This document shows positions 21,467 to 29,220 of a stretch of DNA of 32,000 nt, one piece after another. The position numbers and the translations under genes are program-made. Each line of letters starts with the position of its first letter. Within the stretch, counting starts at the first letter, position 1. The notes below the pieces were generated by a model. It had not been told where the DNA came from and ran no database searches. It saw only the letters and a list, made by a program, of their open reading frames with translations. Source of the DNA: an archaeon GW2011_AR10 (lineage in GTDB: Archaea; Iainarchaeota; Iainarchaeia; Iainarchaeales; GW2011-AR10); contig CP010424.1 in assembly GCA_000830275.1 (NCBI GenBank), positions 120,001 through 152,000 on the forward strand. Reading direction: 5' to 3'.

Positions 21467-24400
21467 ATGAGTTCCAAAAGTTGGTTTCTGCTGGCAATCG
21501 TGCTGGTTTTTGCTTCAGCTGCAGCTGCTGCAGTTCCAACAGATTATCAGGGTTATTGGAAGTTTGATGACGGTTCTGGCTCAATAGCAAATGACTCTTC
21601 TGTGAATGGAAACGATGGGAATTTGTTTGGAAACCCTGTTTGGTCAACTGGAAAACTAAATGGCGCTTTACAGTTTGACGGTGTTGGCGATTACGTTAAT
21701 TTGGGCACAAGCAGTTTTGGCTTAACAAGCGGTTCTTCAACGCAGCTTTCAATTGTTTTCTGGGTTTATGTTGCTAATGTGGGCAACAACCAAACCCTAG
21801 TAACCCGCAGCTCTCTCGTTAAACCGTTTTTGGTTGAGTTTAATGGCGGCAGGCTTAGAACAGGAATTAGAACTGCTTCAGGTGCCAATTATTTGACTTC
21901 AAGTGCTGCCTTTCCCACAAACCAGTGGGTGCATGTTGCGTTGACTTATGATGGCAGCATGAGGCGAATTTACATTAATAGTGCTGTTGATGCTTCAGTT
22001 GCTTTGTCCGGCGCGGTTTCATTTGATGGAGGAGAAACAACAACTGTTGGCACAAGGCTTGGCAGCACACCACAATACCTTAATGGAACTCTGGATGAAC
22101 TGCAGATATACAACAGGGCATTAACTGGCACAGAAGTTTTGGATTTGTTTAACGCCGCAAGCCCTTCCCCTCCTGATACAACTCCTCCTTCTGTTTCTGT
22201 TACTTCTCCTTTGAGTGGTGCAACTGTTTCTGGTACTATTACTGTTTCTGCTAGTGCGAGTGATAATGTTGGTGTTTCTGGTGTTCAGTTTTTGGTTGAT
22301 GGCTCGAATCTCGGCACTGAGGATGTTTCTTCTCCTTATTCGGTTTCGTGGAACACTTCTTCTTTTGCCAATGGTTCGCACACTCTTACGGCTAGGGCGC
22401 GAGATGCTGCTGGCAACACAACCACTTCCTCTCCGGTTACGGTTAACGTGAGCAATGGTGCTCCGCCTCCTCCGAGTGGCACTTCGCATTATGTCACCCC
22501 TAATGGGGCCGGTTTTAGGAATGGCAATGATTGGAACAGTGCCTGGAGCATTTCAACAATCAGTTGGAGCAGTGTTTCCCCGGGGCACACTATTTATTTT
22601 GCTGGCGGGAATTATAATTCAGGAATAACCGTTCCGAAGGACGGTAGTTCGAGTGGCGGGAACATAACTCTCAAGAGGGCAACCCAATCAGAAACAGGGA
22701 GCGTTCCTGGATGGCAATCAGGTTTTGATTCAGTTGTTGAATTGCAGAATATTGTGTTGAGCGAAAGGAGCTATATCACTATTGATGGTGTTGTTGATAA
22801 TGGAATGAAAATAACTAGGGCTCCTTTGCCATTCTCACAGCAATTTGGGTCCAAGGTCATTGAATTTGGCGGGCCAGCTCCGGGTAGTACTACTGATATA
22901 ACATTGAAAAATCTTGAGGTTGTCGGCCTTGGCTATAACTTGTGCCAGGGCGGCTCGCTAATCGGCATTAGGGATGGGGGGCTTAGGCAACTGGACAATC
23001 TGCTGATTGATAATGTCAATTTCCATGATGAGATTCAGGTCGGATTGAGGTTAGAGGATCACACTAATGTTGTTCTGAGGAATTCGGATTTTTATAACAT
23101 GCAGTCAAACATAAGGGCTTGCCCGCCTTACCAGAACAATGGTTCCGGCGGAGGCATTCCCTGTTCTTCGGGTTGCCCAGCTGGAACTGCCTGTTATCAT
23201 GGCACTTTCTGTGCTGTGCTTAGGCCTTCGGGAAACCCCATGAGCTGCAGTGCAACCTCTCAATGCGGTTCTGCAAGCATGTTCAATTGCCTGAGCAACC
23301 AGTGTGTTTTGCTTGATAGTTTCAATGATTTCCAGCCCAAGTCATGCAGTGTCAGGGATGACTGTCCTGTCGGAAGCTTTAGCTGTGTTAATAACAGGTG
23401 TGTAGCCATAGACTTGTCTACTTCAAGTTCTAACCTTATTGCCTGCACTGCCGGCTCACAGTGCCCGGATGCGCAGTCGGATAACTGTGTTGATGGTTTT
23501 TGCAGGCCAGAGAACCCCCACGGAGAGCACATAGCCGCTTTTGGGGTGCTGAATGGGTTTGTGGTTGAGAATAACACATTCAGGAATCAGTATCTTGGGC
23601 CCTCGAGTCTTGGAGGCACTGGTATTTCATTTGCCGACACCACTGGAATAGTGGAAATAATCAATAATGTGTTTTTCCACATTAATAGTCCAGTATTCGA
23701 GAACTCTGATGGATTAGGCCCAGGTTTCCAATACATGAATATAGTTGGCAATACTTTTGTCGGGTACAGGATTCCTATATCTTATAACATCCCGATGAAA
23801 CTCTACAACAACATTTTTTGCAATGACGAGTCTCTTCATCCGAATTCAATTACTCGTTGGGCTCCGACCGATGCCTTGGAGTACGCTAACAACGCGTTCT
23901 GTGAAGATTCACGCTCAGTTCCCGGTGGGAATTACGATTACCCGCACGGCATTAATGGCGTGCTGATACCCCAATCAGAAATAGCTAACACGTTTGAGAA
24001 TATCATTGGCTTGGATTTCAGGTTAAAGCAGGGTTCCCTGCCAATTAATGCAGGTTTGAATATGGGTGCAGCATATGCATTTGATATCGATGGAACCCCT
24101 AGGCCACAGGGCTCAGCATGGGATATTGGGGCTTTCGAGTTTGCGAGTGGTGCTCCTGGTGATACTACTCCTCCAAGTGTTTCTGTTACTTCTCCTTTGA
24201 GTGGTGCAACTGTTTCTGGTACTATTGTGGTTTCTGCTAGTGCGAGTGATAATGTTGGGGTTAGTGGTGTACAATTCATGGTTGATGGTGTTAATCTTGG
24301 GGTTGAGGATGTTTCTTCTCCTTATTCGGTTTCGTGGAGCACTTCTTCTGTTGTGAATGGTTCGCATGCTTTGAGTGCTCGTGCTCGTGATGCTGCTGGC

Positions 24401-24634
24401 AACACTGCAACTGCTTCTGTAGTTGTGGACGTTAATAATGTTGTTGCGCCAGGCTGCAATGATTTGGTTCCTCTTCCTAGCGGTGATGGTGTTGTTAATG
24501 TGTTTGATTTGGTTTTCGTTGCCTCGAACATTTTTGCTTCGCCTCAGGACTTGGCGGCTGACCTTGATGGTGATGGTTTTGTTACTGTTGCTGACCTTGT
24601 TCTGATGGGGCAATCTATTGGTGAAACCTGCTGA
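21467..24634 (+). CDS. Large secreted multidomain surface protein: signal peptide, LamG/ConA-like, Ig-like, right-handed beta-helix with Cys-rich insert, Ig-like, dockerin-like
   Basis: The signal peptide is MSSKSWFLLAIVLVFASAAAAA. The LamG_3-like stretch is WKFDDGSGSIANDSSVNGNDGNLFGNPVW...LDELQIYNRALT. Two near-identical Ig-like modules read TTPPSVSVTSPLSGATVSG...ARARDAAGNT. Beta-helix-type repeats include NVVLRNSDFYN, VVENNTFRN, IINNVFFH, IVGNTFVG and LYNNIFCN. The C-terminus is SGDGVVNVFDLVFV...DLDGDGFVTVADLVLM (duplicated Ca-binding dockerin-type segments). Confidence 0.9.
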   Translation: MSSKSWFLLAIVLVFASAAAAAVPTDYQGYWKFDDGSGSIANDSSVNGNDGNLFGNPVWSTGKLNGALQFDGVGDYVNLGTSSFGLTSGSSTQLSIVFWVYVANVGNNQTLVTRSSLVKPFLVEFNGGRLRTGIRTASGANYLTSSAAFPTNQWVHVALTYDGSMRRIYINSAVDASVALSGAVSFDGGETTTVGTRLGSTPQYLNGTLDELQIYNRALTGTEVLDLFNAASPSPPDTTPPSVSVTSPLSGATVSGTITVSASASDNVGVSGVQFLVDGSNLGTEDVSSPYSVSWNTSSFANGSHTLTARARDAAGNTTTSSPVTVNVSNGAPPPPSGTSHYVTPNGAGFRNGNDWNSAWSISTISWSSVSPGHTIYFAGGNYNSGITVPKDGSSSGGNITLKRATQSETGSVPGWQSGFDSVVELQNIVLSERSYITIDGVVDNGMKITRAPLPFSQQFGSKVIEFGGPAPGSTTDITLKNLEVVGLGYNLCQGGSLIGIRDGGLRQLDNLLIDNVNFHDEIQVGLRLEDHTNVVLRNSDFYNMQSNIRACPPYQNNGSGGGIPCSSGCPAGTACYHGTFCAVLRPSGNPMSCSATSQCGSASMFNCLSNQCVLLDSFNDFQPKSCSVRDDCPVGSFSCVNNRCVAIDLSTSSSNLIACTAGSQCPDAQSDNCVDGFCRPENPHGEHIAAFGVLNGFVVENNTFRNQYLGPSSLGGTGISFADTTGIVEIINNVFFHINSPVFENSDGLGPGFQYMNIVGNTFVGYRIPISYNIPMKLYNNIFCNDESLHPNSITRWAPTDALEYANNAFCEDSRSVPGGNYDYPHGINGVLIPQSEIANTFENIIGLDFRLKQGSLPINAGLNMGAAYAFDIDGTPRPQGSAWDIGAFEFASGAPGDTTPPSVSVTSPLSGATVSGTIVVSASASDNVGVSGVQFMVDGVNLGVEDVSSPYSVSWSTSSVVNGSHALSARARDAAGNTATASVVVDVNNVVAPGCNDLVPLPSGDGVVNVFDLVFVASNIFASPQDLAADLDGDGFVTVADLVLMGQSIGETC
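22175..22419 (+). repeat. Intragenic direct repeat, copy 1 (Ig-like module)
   Basis: It aligns without gaps to 24161-24405 (offset 1986 bp). Perfectly identical blocks run up to 48 bp (22193-22240 = 24179-24226). Confidence 0.9.
24161..24405 (+). repeat. Intragenic direct repeat, copy 2 (Ig-like module)
   Basis: See copy 1. Confidence 0.9.
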
Positions 24635-24683
24635 TTTTCGCGTTCCATAACTTTAAATCAGTTTTTTCTGCAGTAATTAGTGT

Positions 24684-25712
24684 ATGGGCACTGATTTGGG
24701 GGATCTTGTTGGAAAAGAAGAAATTACTCTTGATTATCTGCAGGGAAGAAAGGTTGGAGTGGATTCCTATAACATCATTTACCAGTTCCTTGCAAGCATC
24801 CGGGGCCAAGATGGAACGCCGTTGATGGATTCGCATGGAAACGTTACCTCGCATTTGACTGGCTTGCTTTACAGAACAGTTAACCTGCTTGACAAGGGAA
24901 TTAAACCTGTTTTTGTTTTTGATGGAATTCCGCCGGAACAAAAAAGGAAAACCCTGGAGCAGCGCACCAAAATAAGGACCGAGGCAATTGCAAGGCACGA
25001 GAAAGCACTAAAGGAAGGAAATCTGGAGGAAGCAAAAAAGTATGGTTCGCGCGCACTGAAGCTGACTGACAAGATGGTGGAAGATGCAAAACAGCTTTTG
25101 GGTTTAATGGGGCTTCCTGTTGTTGAAGCTCCAAGCGAGGGAGAAGCCCAGATAGCCCAAATGGCTTTAAGGAAAGACTTGTATGGCTGCGTGAGCCAGG
25201 ACTTTGACGCACTGCTGTTCGGTGCACCAGTTCTGTTGCGCAACATTGCTGTTACCGGCAAAAGAAAGGTACCGGGAAGAGACTTATACATTGATGTTTT
25301 CCCGGAAAAAATCGAGCTTGAGGTAGTGCTGAAGCAGCTGGGCATTGACAGAAGAAAACTGGTCTGGATTGGAATCCTGATTGGAACTGATTTCAATGAA
25401 AAATTTCCTTCAGTTGGCCCGAAAACCGCGCTGAAGCTCGTGAAGGAAAACAAAAAATTTGAAAAAATAATAAATGCAACAGGGTTTGAGCCTGGCTTTG
25501 ATTACAGGGAAATAGAGAAAATTTTTTTGGAACCAAAGTTTTCTGAAAACTACGAACTCGAGTTCAGGGTTCCGGAAAAAGAAAAAATTTTTGACTTTCT
25601 GTGCGGAAAGCATGACTTCAGCGAGGACAGAGTAAAAAACGCTTTAAGCAAGCTCGAAGAAAAAGCACATGAGAAAGGCCAGCAGTCCCGCTTAGACAAG
25701 TGGTTACGCTGA
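24684..25712 (+). CDS. fen: Flap endonuclease 1
   Basis: The sequence starts MGTDLGDLVGKEEITLDYLQGRKVGVDSYNIIYQFLASIR. It also contains TSHLTGLLYRTVNLLDKGIKPVFVFDG, EAPSEGEAQIA and SQDFDALLFGAP. Confidence 0.96.
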   Translation: MGTDLGDLVGKEEITLDYLQGRKVGVDSYNIIYQFLASIRGQDGTPLMDSHGNVTSHLTGLLYRTVNLLDKGIKPVFVFDGIPPEQKRKTLEQRTKIRTEAIARHEKALKEGNLEEAKKYGSRALKLTDKMVEDAKQLLGLMGLPVVEAPSEGEAQIAQMALRKDLYGCVSQDFDALLFGAPVLLRNIAVTGKRKVPGRDLYIDVFPEKIELEVVLKQLGIDRRKLVWIGILIGTDFNEKFPSVGPKTALKLVKENKKFEKIINATGFEPGFDYREIEKIFLEPKFSENYELEFRVPEKEKIFDFLCGKHDFSEDRVKNALSKLEEKAHEKGQQSRLDKWLR

Positions 25713-25756
25713 ACAAGCATGATTGCTTGGAGCCTAATCTGTTTTTTTATTTATAG

Positions 25757-25843
25757 CAGGCGACATTAATTTTTAAACATTTATTGTCGCCTGATAGATA
25801 GCAAATGGCCTTATTTTGTTCAAATATTTTTGTCATTTGCTAT
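25757..25843. promoter_or_regulatory. Two adjacent inverted repeats between fen and the downstream surface-protein gene
   Basis: CAGGCGACA (25757-25765) pairs with TGTCGCCTG (25785-25793). ATAGCAAATG (25798-25807) pairs with CATTTGCTAT (25834-25843). Both pairings are perfect. Confidence 0.35.
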
Positions 25844-25917
25844 ATTAAGGATAAACAATAAGGAATACATTTAAATATTTGATAAATATTTCTATTAGTG
25901 GTACTGAGAAAGTGGCA

Positions 25918-28900
25918 ATGAGAAAGAGTATTGTAGCTGGGTTTTTTCTGTTTTTTTTAGCCATTGCATTGTTTGGTTCGCCTGCTTATGCCCAAGAGTG
26001 CATTCCGGGATCAAGAACCAGTCCACTGGCGGGTTCCCCCGCTGGTGAAGGCATTTGCTCTGAGACTAATTGGAAAACCTGCAATACAGCAACCTACCCA
26101 TATAATTCAGTTTTGAATGTAAAAAACAATTCCGGCGGTCACTTGTTTGAGGCTGTTTGTTATTATTCGACGCAGTATTCGATAGGGTTATGGGATGAAT
26201 GCAATGCTGACGGCACCCAAGAGGGAACAGGGCAATTGGATTCACCCAAACTCGCTGGAACTATAGTTGATTTTGGGGGAAACGATTATTTGTGCCACTT
26301 GTTTGAGGGGAAAGAAGCCTGGCTTAAGTGTGGTGGAACAGCTCCAGGGCCTGATGGAGCAAAAATTGACTCTGACTTTGGTATAACTGATTCAGGGGCC
26401 ACAGGGTATACTGGCTATGGAAGCGATTATTCATGCTGTCAAGGCAACCAGTGGATTGAAGGCCACTGCGGCGGAGTAGTTGATGTTGAACTTGACCCAA
26501 ATTCTAGCGGGGTATTCGTGCTGCTTGAAACAGGAGAGGTTGCTGGCATTGGCGGTGCAAGTGCTTCAAACCTTCTGGCTTCGGGGCAGCAGTTTCCTTG
26601 GTGGGCGCCAAGCGGTGATGCAAGAGCTGTTGGCCTTGAAATAATTTTTAATGGCAGGGGCGCGTACATTCTTGACAATTATGGAGGCAGGCATGCGGTA
26701 GGTCAAGCGCCAATAATTAACTGTCCGTTTTATCCTGGATGGGATATTGTCAGGGATTTAGAGTTCACTTACAACACTTTTGGAATAGTTGACGGCTTTT
26801 ATGTTCTTGATGGTTACGGGCTTGTTTATGCATGTGGCAACGCAGATTCAAGTCTTGTAGTAGGTGGATATTCCTGCGGGCAGGGAAATCTTTGTTACAC
26901 TTCTGGCGTTGACCAGTTTGTGGACATAGAGCTCTCACCTGATGAAACAAGAATCTATCAGTTGAGCAACAGGGGCGAAATATTTTATAGTGGTTCCTCT
27001 TCATCCCATCTTGCACCTGGCAGCGCTCCACTTTTTTCTGGCGGAGGAGCAACAGATTTAGAGTTGAACTTGAATGACAACAACGTTGTTGGAGTTTATG
27101 TGGTAAACGGAAACCACAGCCTTGGAAGGGTTGGGAGCACAAGAGGCTATGTTGATGCTCCCGGCGGTAATCCACCTACAGGCCTTTTCGTTGACTTGGA
27201 GTTTTCAGCTGACTTTGAAAAAATGTTTGTGCTCTCCTATGACGGCAATGCAGGCAACTTTGGAAATAATGACGGCGTGCAATTGCTGCAGGCAATCCAT
27301 GAAGACATTGATGGGGATGGAGTTGAAGACTCCGAGGACTTGTGCTCCGGCACTGCTTCTGGCGCAGTAGTTGATGGCTTTGGCTGCAGTTGTGCGCAGA
27401 AGCTTGCAAGCAGTGCTCCTTCCCAGGTTAGATGTGCTGTTCCCTCGGCTCAATGCGTAGTGGCTTCTTGCGTTGATTCAACTGGCACTGCTGTTTGCAG
27501 CACATCATCTGCGCCGGCCGGAACTGCTTGCACTGGCACGTGCACTTCAGGCAGCAGCTATTGCGGTGGAACCACAGGCGAAATTCCTTTTTCCTGCACT
27601 GCAACATGTAATAGTGCAGGAACCTGTAATACGGTAACGCAGCCGGGAACGATTTGCACTAGCTTTGACAACATGACTTGCTCCAACGGCAACTGTGCTT
27701 GTGAATCCGGCTACGCTGATTGTGATGGCAGCCAAAGCAATGGCTGCGAAATAAACATTAATTCTAGCAGGCTTAATTGTGGCCAATGCGGCTTAAGCTG
27801 TTCTGCTGGAAGGGAATGCATTAATGCGGTATGCGCTGGGCAGGCAAATGCTGAATGTGATGCTGATTCTGATTGCAGGGGTGATGAAACATGCTCAAGC
27901 AATGACCGGTGCGTTTCAATTAGCTGTGGTGCATGCGAAATTGCAAGAAACCATGCTTGTGTTTCAAGGTGCGCTTCCGGTGATGTTTGCAGGAGCAACG
28001 TGTGTGTGCCAGCTGGAGGAGAAGAATGTGACAGCGATTCCGATTGTGGTTCTGGGCAGGAATGTGTCAGTGGAGCTTGTGAAACAGTGGTTGTCAGTCC
28101 AACTTCCTGCGATAACGATGCTGACTGCCAGGATGATGAGAAATGCGATGAAGGTTTCTGTGAAGAAGTGGACTGCGGTGAATGCGGGAGAGCCCGCTCG
28201 CATCAATGCGCTGAATCAGATGACTTGTGTGCAAACAACGAGCGCTGCGAAAACTTGCAGTGCGTTCCACTGAATTGTCCTGAAGGGCAGGTTGTTTCTA
28301 ATCATGGTTGTGTTGTTTGCTCTGGTGTTGCTTGTGGTGGTGTTTGCAGGAGTGATGCTGGAGTGTGCTGCTTTGGCAAGTGGAATTCTGGCATTGAGTC
28401 CTGTGAGGCTTCTTCTGCTGCTGTGTTGGCTTCTTTGTTGGGCTCTGGTGAGGATGTGGATGCTCGTTCTTTTTATGATAAGGCTTCTGCTTCACAGCAA
28501 AGTGGTTTTGTTTTGAAGGCTGAGGCTGAAGCAAGAATAGGCATTGCGCTGTACAAGAAAAATGCGTTAGCTGGGGAAGGCAAGGACGTTTCAAGAGTTG
28601 TGTCCTTGATTGATTCAGCCAAGGCTTCTCTTGCAAGCGGTGACTTTGATGAAGCCATTGATTTCGCGCAGCAGGCAATTGATGAAGCTGCAAGGCTAGC
28701 TGGCGGTGACTGGATGGCACTTGCAGCATTTGCGGTCTTTTTTGTTGTTGCGGCATCTGTTTTGGGTGTTTTAGTTTACTTTATGTTTTTGAAGAAAAAG
28801 AAGGAACCCTTTGAGCCGAAAGAAGAAGAGCAACTGGGAAGGCCTAAGAAGCTGGAGGAGGAAAAGTGGCGCGAGTCGCTTTCAGCCGTTAAAGGGAAAC

Positions 28901-29214
28901 CGCTTCAGCCAAGTAAACCTTTGGTGAAACCGTTGATTAAAGCCAAGCCTGTTGAACGAAAGAAATCAGTTGAGGAACTCCTTGGAGATAAAAAACCAGA
29001 GGAAGAGGAACCAGAAGAAGAGGATATTGAAGAGTTGTTTGGTGCAACACCTGAAACACCTGAAACAGTTGAAGCTAAGGGTGAGAAAAAGGAACTAAAG
29101 AAAAAATTAAAGAAAGGCGAAGAAGACCAAGAAGAGGACCTCGAAAAAAAGAAGGATGACATTTTTAAGGAGGTTGAAGAGGAACTTGGCCGCGGAGAGG
29201 ATGAAGAAGACTAG
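25918..29214 (+). CDS. Very large Cys-rich, membrane-anchored surface protein with a K/E-rich cytoplasmic tail
   Basis: The signal peptide is MRKSIVAGFFLFFLAIALFGSPAYA. Six ~45-55-aa repeats ([VI]D/G-LE-[LFI]...YVLD..G) lie at nt ~26476-27300 and suggest a beta-propeller. DIDGDGVEDSEDLC is a Ca-binding-like motif. A ~350-aa Cys-rich region carries CD-x-DSDC-x5-C-x4-C modules. The TM helix is WMALAAFAVFFVVAASVLGVLVYFMFL, followed by KKKK and ~140 aa of K/E/P-rich tail. The track ORF start (25879, TTG) adds 13 codons upstream of a much better signal-peptide Met. Confidence 0.88.
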   Translation: MRKSIVAGFFLFFLAIALFGSPAYAQECIPGSRTSPLAGSPAGEGICSETNWKTCNTATYPYNSVLNVKNNSGGHLFEAVCYYSTQYSIGLWDECNADGTQEGTGQLDSPKLAGTIVDFGGNDYLCHLFEGKEAWLKCGGTAPGPDGAKIDSDFGITDSGATGYTGYGSDYSCCQGNQWIEGHCGGVVDVELDPNSSGVFVLLETGEVAGIGGASASNLLASGQQFPWWAPSGDARAVGLEIIFNGRGAYILDNYGGRHAVGQAPIINCPFYPGWDIVRDLEFTYNTFGIVDGFYVLDGYGLVYACGNADSSLVVGGYSCGQGNLCYTSGVDQFVDIELSPDETRIYQLSNRGEIFYSGSSSSHLAPGSAPLFSGGGATDLELNLNDNNVVGVYVVNGNHSLGRVGSTRGYVDAPGGNPPTGLFVDLEFSADFEKMFVLSYDGNAGNFGNNDGVQLLQAIHEDIDGDGVEDSEDLCSGTASGAVVDGFGCSCAQKLASSAPSQVRCAVPSAQCVVASCVDSTGTAVCSTSSAPAGTACTGTCTSGSSYCGGTTGEIPFSCTATCNSAGTCNTVTQPGTICTSFDNMTCSNGNCACESGYADCDGSQSNGCEININSSRLNCGQCGLSCSAGRECINAVCAGQANAECDADSDCRGDETCSSNDRCVSISCGACEIARNHACVSRCASGDVCRSNVCVPAGGEECDSDSDCGSGQECVSGACETVVVSPTSCDNDADCQDDEKCDEGFCEEVDCGECGRARSHQCAESDDLCANNERCENLQCVPLNCPEGQVVSNHGCVVCSGVACGGVCRSDAGVCCFGKWNSGIESCEASSAAVLASLLGSGEDVDARSFYDKASASQQSGFVLKAEAEARIGIALYKKNALAGEGKDVSRVVSLIDSAKASLASGDFDEAIDFAQQAIDEAARLAGGDWMALAAFAVFFVVAASVLGVLVYFMFLKKKKEPFEPKEEEQLGRPKKLEEEKWRESLSAVKGKPLQPSKPLVKPLIKAKPVERKKSVEELLGDKKPEEEEPEEEDIEELFGATPETPETVEAKGEKKELKKKLKKGEEDQEEDLEKKKDDIFKEVEEELGRGEDEED

Positions 29215-29220
29215 CTTTTT

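Noticed and set aside
22121-22489. R/N/S-rich minus-strand ORFs (also 24113-24613, 23260-23577, 23938-24279)
   Set aside because: These are antisense to the 1055-aa surface protein. Two of them merely mirror the duplicated Ig-like module. Their composition is implausible for a protein.
24869-25453. 194-aa minus-strand ORF
   Set aside because: It is an antisense shadow inside fen.
26439-28756. Multiple 60-150-aa ORFs on both strands inside 25918-29214
   Set aside because: They are alternative-frame or antisense artefacts of the Cys-rich gene. The long frame has a coherent signal peptide, repeats and a TM helix.
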